A DNA stretch of 64,000 nt from Eledone cirrhosa. Lineage: Eukaryota. This document shows, piece after piece, positions 54,027 to 64,000 of this stretch (position 1 is the stretch's first letter; each line of letters opens with the position of its first letter). The stretch spans positions 17,732,001 to 17,796,000 of the forward strand of contig OZ024766.1 of assembly GCA_964016885.1 (NCBI GenBank), in the 5' to 3' direction. A program made the translations under genes and the position numbers. The notes under the pieces were generated by a model, which was not told where the DNA came from, ran no database searches, and saw nothing but the letters and a program-made list of their open reading frames with translations.

Positions 54027-54129
54027 CAATAACAGATAGTTTAAAGCTAAACTCTGACTGGTAACCATCTCACTCAACAAACATTAGGTTATATTAAAAT
54101 ATAAAATATAAACCCAATTTAAGTGTTAA

Positions 54130-54241
54130 TTCAGGATGGCCGAGCGGTCTAAGGTGCCAGACTCAAGGTGTATACCTTAACCAGAACATTGAGTTTTCTG
54201 GTCCACTATTGTGGGCGTGGGTTCGAATCCCACTTCTGACA
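54130..54241 (+). tRNA. tRNA-Leu-CAA: tRNA-Leu(CAA) with 28-nt intron (54168-54195); possible pseudogene
   Basis: TCAGGATGGCCGAGCGGTCTAAGG..CCAGACTCAAG[intron]TTCTGG, variable arm ccac/gtgg, GTGGGTTCGAATCCCACTTCTGACA. Position 1 is T (T1:C72 mismatch) and there is no adjacent oligo-T terminator. Confidence 0.85.
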
Positions 54242-54384
54242 GAATATATATATATATGTAAAAGTTCTATTTAAATTGTTGGGATACAAGCAAATATTTT
54301 TATAACTGATATAAAGCACTCAACAAATATTTGGAGTAAAAATACGATATTAACAAATGGAAACTATATTTATAAAACCATATT

Positions 54385-54449
54385 TATTTCATTATACATA
54401 TTTCAAGGCCAGCAAGTTAAATTATGGTGCGCTTTCATCAGATAAAATT
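54385..54449 (-). ncRNA. Type I hammerhead ribozyme motif (family A), tandem copy 1
   Basis: Minus strand reads attttat CTGATGA aagcgcacca..gctggcctt GAAA tatgta TA atgaaat; stem II partly degenerate. Confidence 0.65.
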
Positions 54450-54531
54450 ATAATATAGATCAGTTTTATAAATAAATATTGACATACCCTTAAAGAATGC
54501 AACCATTACTGTTGGAAGCTCCCTTTGCCTA

Positions 54532-54566
<35 letters not shown>

Positions 54567-54605
54567 GATATTAACAAATGGAAACTATATTTATAAAACC
54601 ATATT

Positions 54606-54670
54606 TATTTCATTATACATATTTCAAGGACACCAAGTTAAATTATGGTGCGCTTTCATCAGATAAAATA
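54606..54670 (-). ncRNA. Type I hammerhead ribozyme motif (family A), tandem copy 2
   Basis: Minus strand reads tattttat CTGATGA aagcgcacca-taatttaact-tggtgtcctt GAAA tatgta TA atgaaata. Confidence 0.78.
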
Positions 54671-54973
54671 TAATATAGATCAGTTTTATAAATAAATATT
54701 GACATACCATTAAAGAATGCAACCATTTCTGTTGGAAGCTCCCGGTTTTATAAATATAGTTTCCACTTGTTAATATCCTATATATATATATACCTGGCCC
54801 CTTATATATATATCTAAGGGGCCAGGTATACAGTATATATGTGTGATTTGAACATATGTATATATGTTTATCTCTCTCTATTATATTAAATCATTTACGG
54901 CTCAGAAAATCTTTTGTAAGGGACTATTCTAACTCAATATATACTTTTGATTATATATATATATATATATATA

Positions 54974-55022
54974 GATTCTACAGGACTAGAGCTGTTTCAT
55001 TCTTTAGAAATCATCAGGAATC
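54974..55022 (-). ncRNA. Type I hammerhead ribozyme motif (family C)
   Basis: Minus strand reads gattc CTGATGA tttc-taaa-gaat GAAA cag-ctctagtc-ctg TA gaatc. Confidence 0.68.
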
Positions 55023-55026
55023 ATGG

Positions 55027-55075
55027 GATTCCTGATGATTTCTAAAGAATGAAACAGTTCTAGTCCTGTAGAATC
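55027..55075 (+). ncRNA. Type I hammerhead ribozyme motif (family C)
   Basis: gattc CTGATGA tttc-taaa-gaat GAAA cag-ttctagtc-ctg TA gaatc. GUA site; U.U at the base of stem II. Confidence 0.68.
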
Positions 55076-55312
55076 TCATCTATATTAAAACTTTTATACT
55101 CTGCAATGTATTGAGTACCTTACTTACTGTGGTTACCTCCGATTCAACCCGGAATAACGTATATATATATATATATATAGTTATACTTTGGGAGGGTCAT
55201 GTTGCCAATAAGAAACACACGCACCAGTTGCTTTCACTTCAATTTATTATAATAAATTTATAAATTTCTGGTTGGTTGGTTGGTTCCACAACCAGATGAT
55301 TGTTTATATATT

Positions 55313-55355
55313 GTCAAAGTTCTTTCGTCACACATTATGTGACCTCTTCAGTGAC
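55313..55355 (-). ncRNA. Minimal hammerhead motif (family B) in fold-back 55180-55522
   Basis: Minus strand reads gtca CTGAAGA g gtcaca-taatg-tgtgac GAAA gaac TT tgac. Confidence 0.55.
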
Positions 55356-55685
55356 TGGGGAGGTCACAGAATGTGTGACGAAAGAACTTTGACAATATAT
55401 AAATAATCTGGTTGTGGAACCAACCAACAGGAAATTTATAAATTTAATTTATAATAAATTGAAGTGAAAGCAACTGGTGCGTGTGTTTCTTGTTGGCAAC
55501 ATGACCCTCCCAAAGTATAACTATATATATGTATATATATATATAGAAGAGTTAAACAAGATTCAATGAGTATATCAAAGAATGAGTTTTACAGTAGATT
55601 AGAAGCACTCTACGGGAAAAATAATTTTCCAGAGTTAATATTAGAGTATAAATATTAATAAAATAGATGTTCTTTTGATCAATTA

Positions 55686-55740
55686 TATTTCATTATACAT
55701 ATTTCGGATGTACAAGAGTACGTCCTCATCAGACAAAATA
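55686..55740 (-). ncRNA. Type I hammerhead ribozyme motif (family D)
   Basis: Minus strand reads tattttgt CTGATGA ggacgtac-tctt-gtacatcc GAAA tatgta TA atgaaata. Confidence 0.8.
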
Positions 55741-55830
55741 TGATACATGACATACCCTGAGATGTTAAATGGTTAAGACTACCTTGATTAAATCTTAACC
55801 ATTTAACATCTCAGGGTATGTCATGTATCA

Positions 55831-55885
55831 TATTTTGTCTGATGAGGACGTACTGTCGTACATCCGAAATATGTATAATAAAATG
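55831..55885 (+). ncRNA. Type I hammerhead ribozyme motif (family D)
   Basis: tattttgt CTGATGA ggacgtac-tgtc-gtacatcc GAAA tatgta TA ataaaatg. Confidence 0.8.
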
Positions 55886-56029
55886 TAATTGATCAAAAGA
55901 ACATCTATTTTATTAATATTTATATTCTAATATTAACTCTGGAAAATTTTTTTTTTTTCGCGTAGAGTGCTTCTAATCTATTGTAAATCTCATTCTTTGA
56001 TATACTCATTGAATCTTGTTTAATTCTTC

Positions 56030-56536
56030 TATCTCTTTCTCTCTTTCTTTCTTTCTCTCTCCTCTTCTCTCTCCTCTCCTCTCTTCTCTCTCTCTCCTCT
56101 CTTCTCTCTCTCCTCTCTTCTCTCCTCTCTTCTCTCTCTCCTCTCTTCTCTCTCTCTCTCCTCTCTTCTCTCTCTCTCTTCTCTCTCTCTCTTCTCTCTC
56201 CTCTCTCCTCTCTTCTCTCTCCTCTCTCCTCTCTCCTCTCTCTCCTCTCTTCTCTCTCTCTCTTCTCTCTTCTCTCTCTTCTCTCTCTCCTCTCTTCTCT
56301 CCTCTCTCCTCTCTCCTCTCTCCTCTCTTCTCTCTTCTCCTCTCTCCTCTCTTCTCTCTCCTCTCTTCTCTCTTCTCTCTTCTCTCTCCTCTCTTCTCTC
56401 TCCTCTCTCCTCTCTCTCTCATCTCTCTCCTCATCTCTCTCATCTTTCCCACCTCTCTCATCTCTCTCATATCTCCTCTCTCTTCCTCTTCTCTCTATCT
56501 TTCTTTCTCCTCTCTCTTCTCCCTCTCTCTCTCTCT
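56030..56536. repeat. (CT)n/(CTCTC) polypyrimidine tract
   Basis: Nearly pure C/T sequence. Confidence 0.93.
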
Positions 56537-56782
56537 GGTTATATTTAATTTGTTGGGTTTCAACAAGCTTAAACATTTTCTCTCTCCCTCACATATCTTC
56601 TTCCAACTCTAATTTAAATAAACCGTTATCTTTTAAACCTTTCGGACACTCATTTGCATACTTACTCCCTCATAACTTTGTACCCCTCAATAAATGTACT
56701 GTCCCCACTATCCAGGAAGCTCCGTTTAATTAAGGTTGTCTTTTTTCCGGGTATACCGATATTTATTTATAAAACAAATCTG

Positions 56783-56848
56783 TATTTTATCTGATGAAAG
56801 CGCACCATAATTTGCCTTGGTTGCCCTTGAAATATGTATAATAAAATA
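56783..56848 (+). ncRNA. Type I hammerhead ribozyme motif (family A)
   Basis: tattttat CTGATGA aagcgcacca..tggttgccctt GAAA tatgta TA ataaaata; perfect 8-bp stem I. Confidence 0.75.
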
Positions 56849-56890
56849 AATATGGTTTTATAAATATAGTTTCCATTTGTTAATATATTG

Positions 56891-56921
<31 letters not shown>

Positions 56922-56977
56922 ATGTGTATAACGCATTCAATACACATTGAGATGTGTATTGATGATGATGATTGAAT

Positions 56978-58795
56978 GCGTTATGGTGGTGGTAGCAGTG
57001 GTAATAGCGTTATGGTGGTGTTGGTGGTAGTATTAATAGTGGTGGTAATAGCGTTATGGGGGTGTTGGTGGTAGTAGTAGTATTAATAGTGGTTGTAATA
57101 GCGTTATGGTGGTAGTAGTAGTATTAATAGTGGTGGTAGTAGTAGTATTAATAGTGGTGGTAATAGCATTATGGTGGTGTTGGTGGTAGTAGTAGTATTA
57201 ATAGTGGTGGTAATAGCATTATGGTGGTGGTGGTAGTAGTAGTAGTATTAATAGTGGTGGTAATAGCATTATGGTGGTGTTGGTGGTAGTAGTAGTATTA
57301 ATAGTGGTGGTAATAGCGTTATGGTGGTAGTGGTAGTAGTATTAATAGTGGTGGTAATAGCATTATGGTGGTGTTGGTGGTAGTAGTAGTATTAATAGTG
57401 GTTGTAATAGCGTTGTGGTGGTGTTGGTGGTAGTAGTAGTATTAATAGTGGTGGTAATAGCATTATGGTGGTGTTGGTGGTAGTAGTAGTATTAATAGTG
57501 GTGGTAATAGCATTATGGTGGTGTTGGTGGTAGTAGTAGTATTAATAGTGGTTGTAATAGCGTTGTGGTGGTGTTGGTGGTAGTAGTAGTATTAATAGTG
57601 GTGGTAATAGCGTTGTGGTGGTGTTGGTGGTAGTAGTAGTATTAATAGTGGTGGTAATAGCATTATGGTGGTGTTGGTGGTAGTAGTAGTATTAATAGTG
57701 GTGGTAATAGCATTATGGTGGTGTTGGTGGTAGTAGTAGTATTAATAGTGGTGGTAATAGCATTATGGTGGTGGTGGTAGTAGTAGTAGTATTAATAGTG
57801 GTGGTAATAGCATTATGGTGGTGTTGGTGGTAGTAGTAGTATTAATAGTGGTGGTAATAGCATTATGGTGGTGTTGGTGGTAGTAGTAGTATTAATAGTG
57901 GTGGTAATAGCATTATGGTGGTGTTGGTGGTAGTAGTAGTATTAATAGTGGTGGTAATAGCATTATGGTGGTGTTGGTGGTAGTAGTAGTATTAATAGTG
58001 GTTGTAATAGCGTTGTGGTGGTGTTGGTGGTAGTAGTAGTATTAATAGTGGTGGTAATAGCATTATGGTGGTGTTGGTGGTAGTAGTAGTATTAATAGTG
58101 GTGGTAATAGCATTATGGTGGTGTTGGTGGTAGTAGTAGTATTAATAGTGGTTGTAATAGCGTTGTGGTGGTGTTGGTGGTAGTAGTAGTATTAATAGTG
58201 GTGGTAATAGCATTATGGTGGTGTTGGTGGTAGTAGTAGTATTAATAGTGGTGGTAATAGCATTATGGTGGTGTTGGTGGTAGTAGTAGTATTAATAGTG
58301 GTTGTAATAGCGTTGTGGTGGTGTTGGTGGTAGTAGTAGTATTAATAGTGGTGGTAATAGCATTATGGTGGTGTTGGTGGTAGTAGTAGTATTAATAGTG
58401 GTTGTAATAGCGTTGTGGTGGTGTTGGTGGTAGTAGTAGTATTAATAGTGGTTGTAATAGCGTTGTGGTGGTAATAGCGTTATGGTGGTAGTAGTAGTAT
58501 TAATAGTGGTGTTGGTGATAGTATTAATAGTGGTGGTAATAGCGTTATGGTGCTAGTGGTAGTAGTATTAATAGTGGTGGTGGTAGCGTGTTGGTGGTGA
58601 TAGTAGTATTAATAGTGGTGGTAATAGCGTTATGGTGCTAGTGGTAGTAGTATTAATAGTGGTGGTGATAGTAGTATTAATAGTGGTGGTAATAGCGTTA
58701 TGGTGTTGGCGGTGGTAGGAGCAGTGGTAGTATTAATGGTGGTGGTGGTGGGAGTAGTGATTCTGTTGCAGGTAATAGCAGCAGTAGTAGTAGTA
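56978..58795. repeat. 50-bp GGT/AGT-rich minisatellite
   Basis: cattatggtggtgttggtggtagtagtagtattaatagtggtggtaatag. Confidence 0.93.
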
Positions 58796-59209
58796 GGAAT
58801 AGCAATATTTGACCTAAAAACACTAGGAGTAGCTCTCTTACCAGCCAGCCATTTGTCTAGCTAGTCTCTGTAGGGGAGGAGGGGGGTATAGGCTATGTAG
58901 CCGGTAAAGGGACACACACACATCGCTATAGCGTTTCACCAGTCCCTTCCTTCCTTCCTCAATCAGTTACTTAGATGTGTGTATGTAATAATTATTTTGT
59001 ATGAGTAGATGTGTGGTTGGGTTTGTGTGTAACACAGATGTGTGTGGTTGGGTTTGCATTTCTGTTTGTGTGTAATACAGTAGGTGTGTGTGTGTGTTTG
59101 GGTTTGCACTTCTGTTTGTCTGTGTATCTGTTTGTGTATGTATGTGTGAATATGTATGAGTAGATGTGTGTGTGTGTGTGGTTGGGTTTGCATTTCTGTT
59201 TGTGTAACA

Positions 59210-61215
59210 CAGATGTGCGTGTGTTTGGGTTTGCTCTTCTGTTTGTTTGAGTATGTATGTGTGTATGGAACTCAGTAGATGTGTTTGGGTTTGCACTTCT
59301 GTTTGTTTGAGTATGTATGTGTGTGTGTGTGTGTGTGGAACTCAGATGTTTGGGTTTGCTCTTCTGTTTGTTTGAGTATGTATGTGTGTATGGAACTCAG
59401 ATGTTTGGGTTTGCTCTTCTGTTTGTTTGAGTATGTATGTGTGTATGGAACTCAGATGTTTGGGTTTGCTCTTCTGTTTGTTTGAGTATGTATGTGTGTA
59501 TGGAACTCAGTAGATGTGTTTGGGTTTGCACTTCTGTTTGTTTGAGTATGTATGTGTGTATGGAACTCAGATGTTTGGGTTTGCTCTTCTGTTTGTTTGA
59601 GTATGTATGTGTGTGTGGAACTCAGTAGATGTGTTTGGGTTTGCTCTTCTGTTTGTTTGAGTATGTATGTGTGTATGGAACTCAGATGTTTGGGTTTGCT
59701 CTTCTGTTTGTTTGAGTATGTATGTGTGTGTGGAACTCAGATGTTTGGGTTTGCTCTTCTGTTTGTTTGAGTATGTATGTGTGTATGGAACTCAGATGTT
59801 TGGGTTTGCTCTTCTGTTTGTTTGAGTATGTATGTGTGTGTGTGTATGGAACTCAGATGTTTGGGTTTGCTCTTCTGTTTGTTTGAGTATGTATGTGTGT
59901 ATGGAACTCAGATGTTTGGGTTTGCTCTTCTGTTTGTTTGAGTATGTGTGTGTGAAACTCAGATGTGTTTGGGTTTGCTCTTCTGTTTGTTTGAGTATGT
60001 ATGTGTGTGTGGAACTCAGTAGATGTGTTTGGGTTTGCTCTTCTGTTTGTTTGAGTATGTATGTGTGTATGGAACTCAGATGTTTGGGTTTGCTCTTCTG
60101 TTTGTTTGAGTATGTATGTGTGTGTGGAACTCAGTAGATGTGTTTGGGTTTGCTCTTCTGTTTGTTTGAGTATGTATGTGTGTATGGAACTCAGATGTTT
60201 GGGTTTGCTCTTCTGTTTGTTTGAGTATGTATGTGTGTGTGGAACTCAGATGTTTGGGTTTGCTCTTCTGTTTGTTTGAGTATGTATGTGTGTATGGAAC
60301 TCAGATGTTTGGGTTTGCTCTTCTGTTTGTTTGAGTATGTATGTGTGTGTGTGTATGGAACTCAGATGTTTGGGTTTGCTCTTCTGTTTGTTTGAGTATG
60401 TATGTGTGTATGGAACTCAGATGTTTGGGTTTGCTCTTCTGTTTGTTTGAGTATGTGTGTGTGAAACTCAGATGTGTTTGGGTTTGCTCTTCTGTTTGTT
60501 TGAGTATGTATGTGTGTGTGGAACTCAGTAGATGTGTTTGGGTTTGCTCTTCTGTTTGTTTGAGTATGTATGTGTGTATGGAACTCAGATGTTTGGGTTT
60601 GCTCTTCTGTTTGTTTGAGTATGTATGTGTGTGTGGAACTCAGATGTTTGGGTTTGCTCTTCTGTTTGTTTGAGTATGTATGTGTGTATGGAACTCAGAT
60701 GTTTGGGTTTGCTCTTCTGTTTGTTTGAGTATGTATGTGTGTGTGTGTATGGAACTCAGATGTTTGGGTTTGCTCTTCTGTTTGTTTGAGTATGTATGTG
60801 TGTATGGAACTCAGATGTTTGGGTTTGCTCTTCTGTTTGTTTGAGTATGTGTGTGTGAAACTCAGATGTGTTTGGGTTTGCTCTTCTGTTTGTTTGAGTA
60901 TGTATGTATGTGTGTGTGTGTGTGGAACTCAGATGTTTGGGTTTGCTCTTCTGTTTGTTTGAGTATGTATGTGTGTATGGAACTCAGATGTTTGGGTTTG
61001 CTCTTCTGTTTCTTTGAGTATGTATGTGTGTGTGAAACTCAGTAGATGTGTTTGGGTTTGCTCTTCTGTTTGTTTGAGTATGTATGTGTGTGTGTGGAAC
61101 TCAGATGTTTGGGTTTGCTCTTCTGTTTGTTTGAGTATGTATGTGTGTGTGTGGAACTCAGATGTGTTTGGGTTTGCACTTTGTGTGTGTTTTTGGGTTT
61201 GCACTTCTGTTTGTG
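59210..61215. repeat. 55-62-bp minisatellite (~34 copies)
   Basis: ggaactcagatgtttgggtttgctcttctgtttgtttgagtatgtatgtgtgtat. Confidence 0.93.
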
Positions 61216-61691
61216 TATTTACGTGTAGATGTGTGTGTGTGTGTATTTAACTAGTGTGTATGAATGGACAACTTAAATGATTTTAGCTTTTTTTTAACAA
61301 TTGGCAGAAAAGATTTGAAATAGTCTCAACTCAACTCACTGTAAAAGGCCGTGACTCGTGGTGTCTGACACCTTTTTTACCGGCTACATAGCCTGTCAGT
61401 CTATTTTAACCTAACCTAACCTGACCGGCTACATAGCCTCTTCCTTTAAAGTACGATTGCCTGAAGAAACGGGGGCGGGGGAGGGAGGGGGAGACCAGCA
61501 AAGGCCGCATTTGTTTGAAACAAGAGTCAGTGTGTGGGGGAGGAGGGGGGGGGCACGTGAGAAGTCACATGATGTAGCAATAGCAGCAGAACATGGCTGG
61601 TTCTTTGTTCCTCTTTCCCTAAACTGAAAAAAAAAAAAAAAAAAAAAAGCCCTTAGCACAGTTTTGAGAGAGAAACTAATATAAAAAAAAA

Positions 61692-62280
61692 TAATTGTTT
61701 CGACTTTTGGCACAAGGCCAGCAATTACCCCAGTGTATTACTGGTACTTTATTTTATCGACCCCCCGCTCCTCCCCCCGTAAGGATGAAAGGCAAAGTTA
61801 ACCTTGACGGGATTTGAACTGAGATTGGAAAGGGCCTTAACTCTATGCATCAAAGCATACTGCCAACCCACCACCCTAACATAAAAAACTAATGGTTTCT
61901 ATTATATGCACAAGGCCAGCAATTTTTTTTATTTCTTTTTTTGGGGGAGGGGGGGTCGGTTAAATCGATACCCCAGTGCGTTACTGGTACTTTATTTTAT
62001 CGACCTCGACGGGATTTGAACTCAACAACGTAAAGGGACGTAACTATGCTGCAAAGCATGGTAGCTGACACTCTGCCAGATTTCCAGAGTCTTACTAATG
62101 TAATTGCTTCTACTTTTTGGCACAAGGCCAGCAATTATACCAGTGCATTACTGGTACTTTATTTTATCGATCGCGTAAGGATGAATGGTAAAGTTAACCT
62201 CGGCGGGATTTGAACTCGGATCATAAAGGGAGGTAACTCTGCTTCAAAGCGTGCCCGATCTTCTACCGATACTGCCGATA
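61692..62280 (-). mobile_element. Three adjacent Deu/Nin-like SINE copies
   Basis: ggcacaaggccagcaatt..tactggtactttattttatcga..gggatttgaac occurs three times. Confidence 0.78.
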
Positions 62281-62342
62281 AATTCTTTTAATATCCTGTT
62301 TATATATATATATATTAGTTAAACATATATATATATTAGTTA

Positions 62343-62700
62343 ATCATCATCATCACCGTTTTACGTCCGTTCTTCCACGCTAGCATGGGTTAGACAGGTT
62401 GTCCTGTTGTGGGCAGTGTCTGGTCGGCTGACCATGCCTTGCTCATACAGGAACTGATTTGGCTTGGTTTTTACAGCTGGATGCCCTTCCTAACACCAAC
62501 CTCATTTACAGTGAGTGCTGGGTACTTTTTTTCCATGGCGCCTACACGTCCACTTTACAGTGTGGGCTGGGTGCTTTTTTTTTTCCGTGGCACCTCCACG
62601 ACCACCTTGCAGTGGGGGCGGGCATATTGTCTATATACTTCAGCTTGTACCCATGGGAGGTCGGGTACTCTGTATTACTGCGTGACGCCAGAAGTCACGG
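62343..62700 (-). mobile_element. Unexpanded copy of the RTE-tailed non-autonomous element (progenitor of the 48/49-bp arrays)
   Basis: Two cactgtaaa units, ggaagggcatccagctg, and an RTE-like end ggacgtaaaacgg(TGA)n. Confidence 0.75.
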
Positions 62701-62967
62701 TCGTGTGTCCATTGTCTTTGAGAGGTGTAATTGGGTATATATTAGTTAAACATATAAACTAATATATATATATTAGTTAAACATATATATATATATATTA
62801 GTTAAACATATAATATATATTAGTTAAACATATATATATATATATATTAGTTAAACATATATATATTAGTTAAACATATAATATATATTAGTTATATATA
62901 TATATATATATTAGTTAAACATATAATATATATTAGTTATACATATAATATATATTAGTTAAACATA

Positions 62968-63131
62968 TAATGTCTCACTTCTTTCTGTTCAAATCAGCTA
63001 TAACTGGCCACTCATACTGATGTTAAGGTATTATTCTCAAGATAAATAACATCAAAATCTCATATTCGATATTGAGATAATTATCTAAGTTAAAATACAA
63101 TAGTATATATAGAGTGAATGCTAAAGGGTTA
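62968..63131 (-). mobile_element. MITE end (TAACCCTTTAGCATTCAC), unexpanded
   Basis: Terminus matches 19381; body matches 45915-46060. Confidence 0.65.
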
Positions 63132-63320
63132 TTGAGAAACGACCGTGTTCAGCTGTGGTGGAACCATATCTAGCCAATCTTTGTAGCTGACACTCTTGGG
63201 GTCACAAGAAGACCCCCAAATAGTGTTGGCTCTAGTGTGACTGAACGAGAAACTATTTGTTGTGTAGTAAATCATTCTTTTTTTTTTTTTTTTTTTTTTT
63301 TGCCCCAGCAGTAATCCAAG

Positions 63321-63477
63321 ATGTCTGCCGAAGATCCCCAACAGGCTACTATTGTTAATGATGATGATGAAGAGGTAGAAGAAGTGACTCAGGGGGAGAT
63401 GGAAACAGGGGCTGTTCTTCTGGACGAGGAGGAGAAAGTAGAAGGGGACGTTCCTATGGAAGACACCAATGTGGAAG
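63321..63477 (+). CDS. First coding exon of gene 2, acidic N-terminus, product unidentified
   Basis: Long poly-T tract with CAGCAG acceptor (63308/63311), caagATG, MSAEDPQQATIVNDDDEEVEE..., and AAG|gtaagt donor. Confidence 0.7.
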
Positions 63478-63519
63478 GTAAGTTGGACTGGACTACTGCC
63501 TCGTCTTGAGTTTTTTTTA

Positions 63520-63865
63520 ACCCTTTTGAGGGCTGTATATAGATACCACTGTCTGCTTGTCCCTTTTGAGGGCCCTGTAGAGATATCCCTGCCTCCTTGT
63601 CTTGCGAGCTTTTAAACCCCTGGAGGGCTGTATATATAGGTACCCCTGTTTGCTTGTCTTGCAAGCTTTTAACCTCCTGGAGGGCTGTGTATATATATAG
63701 GTACCCCTGTTTGCTTGTCTTGTAAGCATTTAATCCCTTTGAGGGCTGAATACAAGATTCCCCTGCCTCTTTGTCTGACAAGCTTTTAACCCCTTTAGGG
63801 GCTGTATATATAGGTACCCCTGTTTGCTGGTCTTGCCAAGTTTTAATCCCTTCAGGGCTGTATAC
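63520..63865. repeat. ~62-bp degenerate tandem repeat
   Basis: ttttaacccc..gagggctgtatatataggtacccctgtttgcttgtctt units. Confidence 0.7.
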
Positions 63866-64000
63866 ATACATAATATGCCTTGAAATTTTGTTAACGCCTC
63901 AAAAATGCCCTGAAAAAATGTTTTTCACCTAATGCGGGCCCTAGACCATAAAGTAGGTCTTTCTTTGCTCACGGTATGAAGAAGACTTTGACTAATACAT

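Noticed and set aside
55920-56612. ER-rich and LS-rich ORFs
   Set aside because: Translation of a CT/GA microsatellite.

Overview
Repeat-dense metazoan genomic DNA, most likely an octopod cephalopod. This is inferred from (AT)n/(CA)n microsatellite fields, tRNA-derived SINEs with a Deu/Nin-like core, and RTE, CR1, Tx1 and Penelope retroelement fragments. Almost all long ORFs in the supplied track are microsatellite or minisatellite artefacts. Real genic content: (1) a 5'-incomplete + strand gene (about 12.2-40.0 kb) with nine GT-AG, phase-compatible exons, encoding at least two RRM domains followed by a very large disordered, repeat-rich tail (at least ~2,560 aa; 6.2-kb last exon); (2) the start of a second + strand gene, with a CpG promoter at ~50.3 kb, non-coding exons, an intronic C/D snoRNA and a first coding exon at 63321; (3) an intron-containing tRNA-Leu(CAA), possibly a pseudogene. 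The most striking signal is 14 type I hammerhead ribozyme motifs from about five sequence families in short non-coding Penelope pLTR/retrozyme-like units, often arranged as fold-back palindromes or tandem pairs and clustered at 1.2-6.4, 20.5-20.8 and 54.3-56.9 kb. A second pattern is that small pieces of many unrelated transposons (RTE, CR1, Tx1, SINEs, MITEs) are each expanded in place into homogeneous minisatellites. All family assignments come from reading motifs by eye; no database search was run.
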